Assembly: GCA_964389675.1 (NCBI GenBank)
Contig: CAYMEV010000025.1
Coordinates: forward strand, 1 to 52,388
DNA: 52,388 bases
Origin: an uncultured Candidatus Sumerlaeota bacterium
Lineage (GTDB): Bacteria > CAYMEV01
Direction of reading: 5' to 3'
Shown here piece after piece: positions 27,723 through 37,959 of the stretch. The notes beneath the pieces were generated by a model, which saw nothing but the letters and a program-made list of their open reading frames with translations, did not search any database and was not told where the DNA came from. Position 1 is the stretch's first letter, and every line of letters begins with the position of its first letter. The translations under genes and the position numbers were made by a program.

Positions 27723-29438
27723 ATGTCAATAGACATTCCTATTAATTCAATAATTGATGATATAATAAACTATATAACTAATTATGGTTATATTGAAGAA
27801 GAACATATAATCAAGATTATAAAATCCCACAGTATCAGCCCGAGCAAGGAACTTGTAAAGATCATCATCGAAAATGTTGAAAAACAGGAAGAGAACCTCT
27901 TTGACAGCCACCAGGAGTCTGACGAGATATTTGAAGATACAAAGCATGTCATAATGAAGGCTCTTGAAAATGATTCCATATTCAAAAAGCTTGGCAATAA
28001 ATCATTTGACACCGACCTTAACCAGTCTTTTGATCAGGAAGATGAGGAGGAAGCTGAAGAGGAAGCTGAGGCAGAAGAACCCTCCCCTTCAAAAATATAC
28101 CCTGCCAGGGACACATCTGACAGCAAGCATCATGCAAAAAAAGACACCATATATATGTACTTCAATGATATTGGGACCATACCCCTTCTGAAACCGGATG
28201 AAGAATTCGAGCTGGGAAAGAATATAAGTGAATCAAGAAAAAGCATAATTCTGGAATTGTTAAAGATAGAATATACAAGAAAAGCCTTGCTAAATATAAT
28301 AAAGGACACACTGAACAATCAAAAAAACCTGAAAAAGATCATTAATAAAGCTTCGCTTGAATTTGATGACATAGAATCAAGGTCAGAAATCATAAATCTC
28401 ATTACCAAAAAACTGAAAATCCTGCAGACTTTCCTTTTCTTCAGCATTAAGACCCCAGACGTAAAACAGATCGCCATTGAAAAGATCTACAGGATGATAA
28501 TAAGATTAAAACTGCATTATTCTATATTTGAAGACATAAAAAAGGATGTGCTGAAACAGATTGAAAGGTATTCAGAAACATATAATGATCTTGCAAAGAA
28601 TAATTACCTGGCTAAGCGTCTGCCTCCAAGGAAATTCAGGAATAAAATAAATAAGCTTAAGAAAATAAAATATATTCTCGGGATATATTCTCATCAGGAA
28701 CTTAATATGAGATATAAGATCCTTCAGGATATATCAAGAAGAAACATTGATGCCAAAAAGGCTTTATCAGAATCCAATCTTCGGCTTGTAGTATCAATAG
28801 CCATGAGATACCTCAACAAAGGAATGCATATCAATGATCTCGTTCAGGAGGGCAATATAGGTCTGATGAAAGCTGTTGACAAATTTGAATATGACAAGGG
28901 GTTTAAGTTTTCGACATATGCCACATGGTGGATAAAACAGGCAATATCAAGAGCTATAGCTGATCAGGGCAGAACTATCAGGATCCCGGTACATATGTAT
29001 GAAACAATAACAAAGATAAAAAAGATTAAGACCTATATGCTCCAGGAACTCGGGTGTGAGCCCAAGCCTCAGGAGATTGCAGACAGGCTGCATATACCCC
29101 TTTCAAAAATAAAAAACATACTGCGTATAGCAGAAGAGCCTATCTCATTCGATGCACCTTTGAATGATGATAATAAGACTATTGCTGATACAATAGAAGA
29201 TAAAAAATCACCATCCCCGATAGAAAAGCTTCTGCAGGATGACAATACGGAAAAGATAAACAGAATGCTGCAGAGCCTGACTTTCAGGGAAGAAATGGTT
29301 ATAAGAATGAGGTTCGGGCTTAATGGTGAACTTGCAAAAACACTTGAGGACATCGGAAATTATTTCAATGTTACAAGGGAAAGAATTCGCCAGATAGAAG
29401 CGAAGGCATTGAGCAAAATGAAAAAAAGGCCTTTTTAG
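27723..29438 (+). CDS. rpoD: RpoD/SigA-like sigma-70 factor
   Basis: Region 1.2 [56 protein letters not shown] and TRERIRQIE. Confidence 0.85.
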   Translation: MSIDIPINSIIDDIINYITNYGYIEEEHIIKIIKSHSISPSKELVKIIIENVEKQEENLFDSHQESDEIFEDTKHVIMKALENDSIFKKLGNKSFDTDLNQSFDQEDEEEAEEEAEAEEPSPSKIYPARDTSDSKHHAKKDTIYMYFNDIGTIPLLKPDEEFELGKNISESRKSIILELLKIEYTRKALLNIIKDTLNNQKNLKKIINKASLEFDDIESRSEIINLITKKLKILQTFLFFSIKTPDVKQIAIEKIYRMIIRLKLHYSIFEDIKKDVLKQIERYSETYNDLAKNNYLAKRLPPRKFRNKINKLKKIKYILGIYSHQELNMRYKILQDISRRNIDAKKALSESNLRLVVSIAMRYLNKGMHINDLVQEGNIGLMKAVDKFEYDKGFKFSTYATWWIKQAISRAIADQGRTIRIPVHMYETITKIKKIKTYMLQELGCEPKPQEIADRLHIPLSKIKNILRIAEEPISFDAPLNDDNKTIADTIEDKKSPSPIEKLLQDDNTEKINRMLQSLTFREEMVIRMRFGLNGELAKTLEDIGNYFNVTRERIRQIEAKALSKMKKRPF

Positions 29439-29523
29439 CAAAAAATTGCTCAATAACTTAATTTATGAATATTTCAAAAATCATTAAAAAAAATATTTTA
29501 TGAAAACCGGCAGGTATATTTAA

Positions 29524-30444
29524 TTGTTCGAAGTATTTTTCCTTGGTACCGGATCAGCTGCTCCGAGCCTTTTGCGTAAGCATTCTTCCTTTGCAATAAG
29601 GAAAGAGGGAGAACTGCTTCTATTTGATTGCGGGGAGTCCTGTCAGCATCAGATAATAAAATCAAACCTGAGCTTTAATAAGATTAAAAAAATCTTCATC
29701 TCTCATCTTCATGGCGATCATATATATGGCCTTCCCGGGCTGTTGAGCACAATGTTCCTTAACAGGCGCGATTTTCCCATATCTATCTATGGACCGAAAG
29801 GTATCAGAAGATTTATTGAATCCACCCAGCCCCAGGATTGCCAAACCAACAAATCACTGAATATTTTTGAGTTCATTAATAATGACAGGTATGAGATACT
29901 GGAAAACCTTACCGTAAAGGCCTATCAGCTGAATCACAGCATAAAGACCTATGGGTTCAGGCTTGAAGAAAAGGACAGGCCGGGAATATTCTATCCTGAG
30001 AAAGCCAGGGAACTGTCAATCCCTGAAGGCCCTCTTTATGGAGAGCTTCAGAAGGGAAAAACTGTCAGGATCAAGGACAGGATAATAACTCCCTCAATGG
30101 TTATGGGGCCAAAGAGAAAGGGTATAAAACTGGGATATGTAGCAGATACAATGTCCTGCCAAAATTCCCTGCATATCGCTGAAAATGCAGATATTCTCAT
30201 CTATGAGGGCACCTATACTGAAAAAGACAGGGATAAAGCTGATAAATACATGCATTCAACCCTTTTGGATGCTGCAAGGACTGCCAGCCGGGCAAATGCA
30301 AAAAGGCTATATATTACACATATAGGGACAAAATATACAGGGAATGAACTCAGAGAGGAGCTTAAACTGGTCAGAAAGATATTTAAGAACAGTTTCCTTG
30401 CCAGAGATCTTCTTAGAGTCGAGGTCAGATACGATGAATCATAG
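29524..30444 (+). CDS. rnz: Ribonuclease Z
   Basis: FLGTGS..P, FDCGE, HLHGDH, exosite GPLYGELQKG, ADT and HST. Confidence 0.95.
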   Translation: MFEVFFLGTGSAAPSLLRKHSSFAIRKEGELLLFDCGESCQHQIIKSNLSFNKIKKIFISHLHGDHIYGLPGLLSTMFLNRRDFPISIYGPKGIRRFIESTQPQDCQTNKSLNIFEFINNDRYEILENLTVKAYQLNHSIKTYGFRLEEKDRPGIFYPEKARELSIPEGPLYGELQKGKTVRIKDRIITPSMVMGPKRKGIKLGYVADTMSCQNSLHIAENADILIYEGTYTEKDRDKADKYMHSTLLDAARTASRANAKRLYITHIGTKYTGNELREELKLVRKIFKNSFLARDLLRVEVRYDES

Positions 30445-30487
30445 TATTGATAGCGCTGTTTCAGCTATTAATGCATTCCCTTAACTG

Positions 30488-30880
30488 TCAATACTGAAGA
30501 GAGCCAAAAATACTCACATTGTTGCCTGCATTTAAGATCTCAATATCTACTGTCCTGTCAACAGCTCTGTTTGTAATAAAAATATTGAAATTCGGGTCTG
30601 TAATATTCCATGCATTCCTGGGATTATTGCCAATTATTGTCTGAAAATCCATTGCAGTAGCAGTTGCTTGATTTGCTTCACACAGTGCGGTGACCCTTTC
30701 CAGGGTTGAGTACAGATAGAAACTCTGCTGTGTAAGGAGCTCAGAATCTTCAAGGCTCTGTATTCCTCTGGGAAAACCCAACATTACAGCTACAACACCT
30801 ATTGAAAGCACTAATATAGCAATGAGTGTTTCAATAAGTGTAAATCCCCCTGCATCTTTTCTATTGATCATAACAGCCAT
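30488..30880 (-). CDS. Prepilin-type protein (PilV-like minor pilin)
   Basis: GG|FTLIE followed by a hydrophobic helix; ATG 30880 follows AGGAG. Confidence 0.8.
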   Translation of the reverse strand: MAVMINRKDAGGFTLIETLIAILVLSIGVVAVMLGFPRGIQSLEDSELLTQQSFYLYSTLERVTALCEANQATATAMDFQTIIGNNPRNAWNITDPNFNIFITNRAVDRTVDIEILNAGNNVSIFGSLQY

Positions 30881-30937
30881 ATAATGCACTCCTGAATATA
30901 TCTTTTATTAGTATAATACAATCTTTCTGATAATATT

Positions 30938-31207
30938 TCAATCTTTCTCTTCATTTTCTATCTCTTTTAAGAGCTCTAATGAAAACTGCATATCCTCAGC
31001 TGGAACATAAAAATCTATCTCGCTTATAGCAGTGATATTCAGCGCATAGGCTCCTGAGATGGCTTCCTTGAATATAAACGGAGTTATTCCGTTTGAGGCC
31101 AGGTAGCCCCTGAGAAATTCTGCATCCAGCTGGCCATTTACCGTTGTAAGGTAATGATATTCCCCTATTTCCTTTCTTTTTTCCGGATTATAGCTGAATA
31201 TGCTCAT
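30938..31207 (-). CDS. DUF2007-like small protein
   Basis: DAEFLRGYLASNGI...FYVPAED....LELL; ATGA overlap with the feoB stop. Confidence 0.7.
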   Translation of the reverse strand: MSIFSYNPEKRKEIGEYHYLTTVNGQLDAEFLRGYLASNGITPFIFKEAISGAYALNITAISEIDFYVPAEDMQFSLELLKEIENEEKD

Positions 31208-33282
31208 AATAACAGACCTCCTGCCTGATAAATAATCAGGCTGATTATATAAGCAAGGGCGGTCAGCCCTCCCCATTGCAGAAAAGCCCATTTCCAGAAT
31301 CCTGTTTCCTGTCTGGTAACAGCAACAGTTGCAATGCATGGTGTAGCAATAAGAGCAAACAGCATGATCACCAGACCCTGTAATGATGAGTAGTTTTTTT
31401 TGAGTGTATGCCTGAGTGAAGGTGATTCTTCAGTTTCTTCAATTGAATGGATGATACTCATCTGAGCAATGAAAATCTCCTTAGCAGCAAAAGCCCCGAT
31501 AAATCCTGTTACGATCTTCCAGTCAAAACCTATGGGTTTGAACACAGGTTCCACTGTCTTTCCTATTCTTCCTGACAGGGAATGCTCCAGAGCCTTCATC
31601 TCATATGACACTCCTTCCTCAGGATCAAATTCCTCCCTGTCCAGTTTTGGATAGGTATTGAAGAACCACAATACAATAGAAATCAGAAGAATTATTGAAC
31701 CAGCTTTTTTCAGGTAGCTGAAGCTTCTCAGCCAGGTATGAAAAAACAGGCCTTTCATTGTTGGCCACCTGTAGGGAGGAAGCTCAAGGATAAAAGGGCT
31801 TCCCACGCCTTTTAAGAGAGTGCTCCTCAGAATCTTGGCCATGAAAACAGCCAGAATGATGCCAAACACATAAATTGCCCAGAGAAGCGGGGCTCCAAGG
31901 TGCTTTGGGAAAAATGAGGCTATAATGATAGCATAGATTGGAAACCTTGCTCCACAGCTTATTAGCGGCAGGATAAGTATGGTAGTAACCCTTTCCTTAA
32001 AACTTTTAAGGGACCTTGTAGCCATAATTGCAGGAACTGTACAGCCAAATCCTATCAGTATAGGAACGAATGACCTGCCCTCCAGCCCGATAAACTTCAT
32101 GACCTTATCCATAATATATGCAGCACGGGCCATATATCCTGAGTCTTCCAGAACTGCTATGCTTAAGAACAGCACCACCAGTATCGGCAGAAAGATCAGA
32201 ACCCCTCCAACCCCTCCAATAATTCCGTCCACAATCAAAGCCCTCAGGAAATCCAGGCTGGGAAAGGGCCAGTAAAATGTAACTAAATCCCCCAGATATG
32301 AAAAGAAATCCTCCAGCAGCCTCATTGGATATTCACCAATTGAAAAGGTTATCTGAAAAACAAAAAACATCATGAGGAAAAATATGGGCAGGCCTATAAG
32401 CCTGTTGGTAATGATCTTATCTATTTTGTCAGAAAGGTTTTCAGGTACCCTTTGCGATCTGGTGACTGCATTTTTGCAGATATTTGTAATATAATCATAC
32501 CTTTCATTTGCAGTAATGATCTCAGGTTCTTCATTAAAATACATGGATTCCTTTTCTTTAACCTCTGCAATGTCAGAAAAGAACCTGTCACTCAGATAAT
32601 CTTCTTTCCTTAAAAGCTCAATCGTATATGGATCATCCTCAAGAAGCGATATTGAAAGCCACCTTACAGGAAATCTTTTTGCATCTATCTGGTATCTCTC
32701 AATTATTCTCTGAATCTTATTAATGAAATTTTCAAAAGTGCTGGAGTATCTAATACTGCTATTGCAGGTCTCATTTGACTCATAGCTTCTGATTATACTG
32801 TCCAGAAGCTCCCTCATACCTTTTGCCCTGTGTCCGACAGTCCTGACAATAGGAATCTTCAGCTCTTCGTTCAGGCTTTCAAGTGATATATCAATTCCCA
32901 GGTGCTTTAACTCATCACTCATATTAAATGCAGCAATAGTATTAAGATTCATTTCAAGAAGCTGCATAAGAAGATAGAGGTTTCTTTCCAGATTTGAGGA
33001 ATCAATTATATCTATAACTATATCAGGCTTTTCAATCAGAAGAAAATCTCTTGCTATCTTCTCCTCTTCAGAATATGCTGTCAGGCTGTATATGCCTGGA
33101 AGGTCATAGATAATTATTTCATAATCGCCATAATGGCATTTGCCAACCTTTTTTTCAACAGTCACACCCGGATAATTTCCTACATGCTGTTTAGAACCCG
33201 TCAGGTTGTTGAATATTGTGCTTTTGCCGGAATTGGGGTTTCCTGCCAGAGCAGCAATTATACGCTTTTTTTTAAGACCCAT
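31204..33282 (-). CDS. feoB: Ferrous iron transporter B
   Basis: GNPNSGKS, VGNYPGVTVE, DLPG, LEDSGYMAR, GFGCTVPA, ELPPYR.P and PCIAT. Confidence 0.97.
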   Translation of the reverse strand: MGLKKKRIIAALAGNPNSGKSTIFNNLTGSKQHVGNYPGVTVEKKVGKCHYGDYEIIIYDLPGIYSLTAYSEEEKIARDFLLIEKPDIVIDIIDSSNLERNLYLLMQLLEMNLNTIAAFNMSDELKHLGIDISLESLNEELKIPIVRTVGHRAKGMRELLDSIIRSYESNETCNSSIRYSSTFENFINKIQRIIERYQIDAKRFPVRWLSISLLEDDPYTIELLRKEDYLSDRFFSDIAEVKEKESMYFNEEPEIITANERYDYITNICKNAVTRSQRVPENLSDKIDKIITNRLIGLPIFFLMMFFVFQITFSIGEYPMRLLEDFFSYLGDLVTFYWPFPSLDFLRALIVDGIIGGVGGVLIFLPILVVLFLSIAVLEDSGYMARAAYIMDKVMKFIGLEGRSFVPILIGFGCTVPAIMATRSLKSFKERVTTILILPLISCGARFPIYAIIIASFFPKHLGAPLLWAIYVFGIILAVFMAKILRSTLLKGVGSPFILELPPYRWPTMKGLFFHTWLRSFSYLKKAGSIILLISIVLWFFNTYPKLDREEFDPEEGVSYEMKALEHSLSGRIGKTVEPVFKPIGFDWKIVTGFIGAFAAKEIFIAQMSIIHSIEETEESPSLRHTLKKNYSSLQGLVIMLFALIATPCIATVAVTRQETGFWKWAFLQWGGLTALAYIISLIIYQAGGLLL

Positions 33283-33290
33283 GTGTCAGG

Positions 33291-33518
33291 CTATTCCTTA
33301 AATCTTACGAATATTCTCATTGCAACACCCCTCCCCACAGCATATCTGCAGTTTCCAACAGCTATAATGGTTGAATCAAATTGAGAGGCATGCATCACTC
33401 TAATAACCTTCCCAGGTGTTATTCCCATTGCAGCAAGCCTGCTTGAAAGGTTTCTTCCTCCTGATATTCTTGTAACAATAAGATCATTATTGGGTGTTGC
33501 ATATAAGAGAGGCATCAT
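33291..33518 (-). CDS. feoA: FeoA protein
   Basis: RLAAMGITPG and RYAVGRGVA. Confidence 0.9.
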   Translation of the reverse strand: MMPLLYATPNNDLIVTRISGGRNLSSRLAAMGITPGKVIRVMHASQFDSTIIAVGNCRYAVGRGVAMRIFVRFKE

Positions 33519-33520
33519 CT

Positions 33521-34267
33521 CTAAGTCTGCACTTTCCTTCCATCCAGAATTTTAACCTCGACGCAGTATGCATCATCCCTTCGAATGGAAAGCCTTGTCT
33601 TATCAGCCATTATGTATATAGGGTCACCCAGGGGCGCTACTCTTTCTACCTTTATTCGTTTACCCTTTACAAGCCCTAAATCAGCCAGTCTTTTCTGAAA
33701 TTCACCCTTTCCCTTGATCCTTATTATCTCTGCATCGGTATTCGGTTTAACATCCATTAGAGTTGTATATACCTTTGTATAAAGATTAAATCGGTCCTGC
33801 TCTTCAAATTTGCATTTTGAAGATTCGGCATTTTGCGAATTCTTCTTAAAATTGCTTATATATTCTTTTACATCCGGGGGCAGATTTGATATATATTCCA
33901 GGAACTCAATGATCCTTTCTATTACTTTGTTCTCAATGACATGCTCCAATGCACAGCTTATATGTTCAGCAGATTTCTGGTCAAGTTTCAGTATCTGGTA
34001 AAAGAAATTGCTCAGTATTCTATGTCTTTGTACGATTTTTTCTGCTTCGACAAATCCCTTGGAAGTCAGGGTTGCAAAGCTGTATTTATCATGGTTGATA
34101 TATCCCATTTCCTCCAGGTTCTTAAGATTGTGGCTTACTGAGGATTTCGTTATATTCAGGATGTCAGCCAGATCTTTGACCCTCGCCACTTTATTTATCT
34201 TGCTAAGGTTATAAATTGCTTCTAAATGATCCTGAAGGACTGCAGATATGTTTTGATGTTCCTCCAT
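33521..34267 (-). CDS. DtxR/IdeR-family metal-dependent repressor with C-terminal FeoA domain
   Basis: LEAIY, ARVKDLA, LT..G...A....RH..L..F, CALEH and RLADLGL..G...RVAPLGDP. Confidence 0.92.
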   Translation of the reverse strand: MEEHQNISAVLQDHLEAIYNLSKINKVARVKDLADILNITKSSVSHNLKNLEEMGYINHDKYSFATLTSKGFVEAEKIVQRHRILSNFFYQILKLDQKSAEHISCALEHVIENKVIERIIEFLEYISNLPPDVKEYISNFKKNSQNAESSKCKFEEQDRFNLYTKVYTTLMDVKPNTDAEIIRIKGKGEFQKRLADLGLVKGKRIKVERVAPLGDPIYIMADKTRLSIRRDDAYCVEVKILDGRKVQT

Positions 34268-34281
34268 AAAAACCCCTAACT

Positions 34282-34326
34282 AAGTTTAATCGTTTAAACT
34301 TTATGCAAAAGCGCAAATTATGTCAA
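34282..34326 (-). promoter_or_regulatory. Sigma-70 promoter of dtxR-feoAB with overlapping palindromic operator
   Basis: Minus strand TTGACA-17-TAAAGT; the palindrome AAGTTTAA-TCGT-TTAAACTT (34282-34301) overlaps the -10 box. Confidence 0.75.
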
Positions 34327-34356
34327 TAGAATATATCTTTAATTTTATCTACGTTA

Positions 34357-36414
34357 TCATGAGAAAATGGTTTTATCAAAATTATCAGAACCGATCTCAT
34401 TAATTAAAAATGCAAGCGTATCTGTTGTATCTTCAATAGAATCTGTAAGGTTTGCGCTTCCCCCGTGTCCGCCTCTTTCAATCTCGCGATAGAGGACAAT
34501 TCCCCTGTTATTGCTGATTGACTGCAAAGCAGCGGCCATTTTTCTTGCATGTACTGGATGAACCCTCGCATCATTTCCTCCGGCTGTAAACATTACTGAA
34601 GGATAACTGATATTTGGATCTATATTCTGATATGGAGAATATTCAATCAGGTACCTATAATCATTCTCACTGGTTGATATTCCATACTCGCATTTCCAGA
34701 TCTCACCAATGCCATATTTATGGTAATTCACCATATCAAGCAGAGGTACACCGCATAATACAGCCTGAACAAGATCTGGCCTCTGAACAAGAACAGCACC
34801 AACAAGCAGGCCTCCATTGCTCCCGCCCTTTATTGCTGTAAGCTCAGGCCTTGTATATCCAGCTTCTGCAAGCCATGACACTGCAGCGATAAGATCATCA
34901 AATACATTCTGCTTCCTGTCCCGCTTTCCAAGTTGATGCCATTCTTCACCATATTCCCCGCCTCCTCTGAGATTTACAACTGCAAGAATTCCTCCGGCTT
35001 CCACCCATAGAGCATTAAAAGCACTGAATTCAGGCAGTATCGGAATGCCGAACCCTCCATACCCTGTTACCAGTACAGGATGATGGATCCCCTTGCCCAG
35101 TGTCTTCTTAAAGACCAGGAACATTGATACCCTTGTTTTATCAGCTGATTCAAAAAAAACCTGTTTTATACAGAAGCTGTCCGGGTCAAAATTTTTAATC
35201 TGGGGTGTAAAGTATGGTGATAAAGCATTTTTATCAATATTGTATCTGTAAATGCTTTTTGGTGTATTAAAGCTTGTGAAACTCAGATAAATTTCATCAT
35301 TATCCCACTCCCCTGTAATTGAGGCACTCCCCATAAACGGAAGAGGGATCTCTTTTAAGAAAATGCCTTCCATGGAAAATATTTTTATCACGGTATGGGC
35401 ATTGATCATGGAAATCAGGAATATTTTCCCTGCTATAAGAGTGAAGTATAATATTATCTCATCCTCTGACGGCTTTATTAAAATTCTCCAGTTATCTCTG
35501 TCCAGCTTATCAATTTCAGAAACATAGATGATTCCCCTGGGATTATCCTCATTGGTCTTTATAATTGCCTTGCCATCCATAATATCAAGGCGATACTCGG
35601 CCTTAAACCCGCATGCAACAGCTTTTAGCTCTTTATCAGCCCCTATTTCGGAGAAATATGCCTCATTTTCCCCGAAATTGCTTCGGTAATATATTAAATG
35701 ATTATTATCTGAAGCAACTTTAACATTGTGGTAATATTCCTTTACATCGCTATGAGAAAATATCTTTTTATCATCATTTTTTTTGCTGAAAAGCCTGTGA
35801 TAATAAACTGAATTCCAGTAAAAGTGCTCATCTTTCGAGACTTCTCCCTCCCGAGGAAACCCTGAATAGTAAAAGCCTGTACTATCCGGAAGCCATTCTA
35901 TCACGCTTGGTCTGTCAGCGTATAATGTATCATCCAGTATTTCCTTATTTTCAGTTTTCATAATGATAATTTTCGGATTTTCATTTCCGGCCTGGGAAAT
36001 ACCTAATGCAACATATTTGCCGTCCCAGGAAGGTTCAAATATATCCAGGGATTCATCACTTTTATACCTGTTCATATTGATAAATTCTCTCTCTGTTCCA
36101 TCTTCATTTATCATGAAGACAACCTGCTTATCCTCATTTTTACTTTTCCTCATTATGAACCTGGTCTTTGATTTCCTGCAGAGTATTGGTGTTGATATAC
36201 TGTCATACCTGCTTAGTTCCCTCATTCTTTTCGATATATTATCCCTTCTCTCTATCTGCTTTATATATCCTGCTGTGAATTTATTCTGTTCAGTTACCCA
36301 TTTAATGACCTCAGGATCACTGCTTTCTGCAAGCCATTCGTAATTATCCGTCAAGGTCATTCCATGGAGCTGATATTCCATTTCTATTTTCTTCGATTCC
36401 GGGTAGTTCAGCAT
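34357..36414 (-). CDS. Prolyl oligopeptidase (S9A)
   Basis: D.Y.WL, GYGGF, NLRGGGEYG..WH, GGSNGGL, DARV and GGHG. ATG 36414 follows GGAGGAG. Confidence 0.95.
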   Translation of the reverse strand: MLNYPESKKIEMEYQLHGMTLTDNYEWLAESSDPEVIKWVTEQNKFTAGYIKQIERRDNISKRMRELSRYDSISTPILCRKSKTRFIMRKSKNEDKQVVFMINEDGTEREFINMNRYKSDESLDIFEPSWDGKYVALGISQAGNENPKIIIMKTENKEILDDTLYADRPSVIEWLPDSTGFYYSGFPREGEVSKDEHFYWNSVYYHRLFSKKNDDKKIFSHSDVKEYYHNVKVASDNNHLIYYRSNFGENEAYFSEIGADKELKAVACGFKAEYRLDIMDGKAIIKTNEDNPRGIIYVSEIDKLDRDNWRILIKPSEDEIILYFTLIAGKIFLISMINAHTVIKIFSMEGIFLKEIPLPFMGSASITGEWDNDEIYLSFTSFNTPKSIYRYNIDKNALSPYFTPQIKNFDPDSFCIKQVFFESADKTRVSMFLVFKKTLGKGIHHPVLVTGYGGFGIPILPEFSAFNALWVEAGGILAVVNLRGGGEYGEEWHQLGKRDRKQNVFDDLIAAVSWLAEAGYTRPELTAIKGGSNGGLLVGAVLVQRPDLVQAVLCGVPLLDMVNYHKYGIGEIWKCEYGISTSENDYRYLIEYSPYQNIDPNISYPSVMFTAGGNDARVHPVHARKMAAALQSISNNRGIVLYREIERGGHGGSANLTDSIEDTTDTLAFLINEIGSDNFDKTIFS

Positions 36415-36720
36415 AATCTCCTCCATATGATTTTTATCAGAATAGCAAATATTGCTGCGCAATTCTAAATTATTTATTAAAAATCATAAAAAAACCCTGC
36501 TGTAAAGCAAATTCAATTTCATAAATATATCACCAAAACCCATTTTACCTGGGGTGGAAAAAAGATATCTTCTTCAATAAACCATCTAAAAGCCTGTTTT
36601 TTTCATCAGTTTTGGTTGATACACAATTAATATTCAAAAATAAGCCTTGATATAGAAAAAATGCAACTTTTATTGGTAATTTCCGTAAGTAGATTTAGTT
36701 TTAATTTAGCGAGGTTCTTT

Positions 36721-37956
36721 ATGAAGCCTAAGATATTAATATTGATTTTAGCTATGCTTGTTTTTATTGGATTCCATTCATGTAAAATAGGAAAAGGGAA
36801 TGATTCCGAAAAAGACCCTGATTCACCGAAAGATACTCTCCAGAGGCTCGCAAGCCCTGTAGAAACTGCTGATGCAGTCTCTATGGACATGCACAGCATA
36901 ATAAGGACTACAGGAAGCCTCGAACCGTATCAGACAGTTAATGTGCTATCAAAGGTTCAGGGTATGGTTGAAAGCGTGCACATGGAGCAGGGGGACATTG
37001 TAAAAAATGGGGATATTCTCCTGAAACTGGATTCAAAGGAGTTTGATATAGCATTAAAACAGGCTGAAGCTGATCTGCTTTCTGCAAAAGCCTCACTAAA
37101 CGAAGCAGAACTGCAAAGGGCGGAAAACCAGTATAAAAGAATAAAGGAGCTTTATGAAAAAGACCTTTCCTCACCTCAGGAACTTGAACAGCAGGAAGCT
37201 CTTTTCCTTCAGGCTAAGAGCAATTATGAAAGTCAGCAGGCAAGAATTCTGTCATTAAGTGCCAATTATGAAAGAGCCAGGCTGAATCTTTCTTATACAA
37301 CCATAAGATCTCCAATTGCCGGAGTAATAAGCAGGAGATTTGTAAATAAAGGCGAGCTTTTATCTCCATCTTCCCCGGTTTGTGAGATTGTAAATATATC
37401 AAAGCTGTATGCCAGGATATATGTTTCTGAAAAATTTATTCACTATCTTGATCGTAATAAGGAGGTAGAAGTAATCGTTGATGCTGTTCCGGAAAACCTG
37501 TTCTTTGGCAGAATAGACCTGATCTCCCCTGTTGCGGAAACTCAGAGCAGAACCTTTCAGACTTCAATCCTTATTGATAACAGCAACAATAATCTTAAAG
37601 CAGGCATGTTTGCCCGCGTAATAATAAATGTTGCAGAATTCAAGGATGCGGTTGCTGTACCAAAGGACGCAGTAATAATGCGTCAGGACCAGGAATACTG
37701 CTTTATAATCAAAAATGATGATAAAAAGCCTGATGAGCCTGCAGCAGAACAGGAAAACGAATCAGATGATAAAGACAGCAGCCAGGAAGATGCTCCTGCT
37801 ATAAATGTGTCCATGGTAAAAGTCAGGACTGGCATTGAGGATTCAAGTTTCGTTCAGATAATTGAGGGCGTTAAGGCAGGAGATAAGGTTATAGTAAGCG
37901 GTCATTATGATCTCAATGACGGTGACATCGTCAGGATAATCCGATACGTTGATTAA
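36721..37956 (+). CDS. RND efflux periplasmic adaptor (membrane fusion protein)
   Basis: Signal/lipobox-like N-terminus, V..GD.L..LD, TTIRSPIAG, LKAGMFA and VPKDAV. Confidence 0.92.
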   Translation: MKPKILILILAMLVFIGFHSCKIGKGNDSEKDPDSPKDTLQRLASPVETADAVSMDMHSIIRTTGSLEPYQTVNVLSKVQGMVESVHMEQGDIVKNGDILLKLDSKEFDIALKQAEADLLSAKASLNEAELQRAENQYKRIKELYEKDLSSPQELEQQEALFLQAKSNYESQQARILSLSANYERARLNLSYTTIRSPIAGVISRRFVNKGELLSPSSPVCEIVNISKLYARIYVSEKFIHYLDRNKEVEVIVDAVPENLFFGRIDLISPVAETQSRTFQTSILIDNSNNNLKAGMFARVIINVAEFKDAVAVPKDAVIMRQDQEYCFIIKNDDKKPDEPAAEQENESDDKDSSQEDAPAINVSMVKVRTGIEDSSFVQIIEGVKAGDKVIVSGHYDLNDGDIVRIIRYVD

Positions 37957-37959
37957 ATA

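Noticed and set aside
28046-28070. Short tandem repeat gaggaagctgaa in rpoD
   Set aside because: It encodes the ordinary acidic linker (EEAEEEAE) between regions 1.1 and 1.2.
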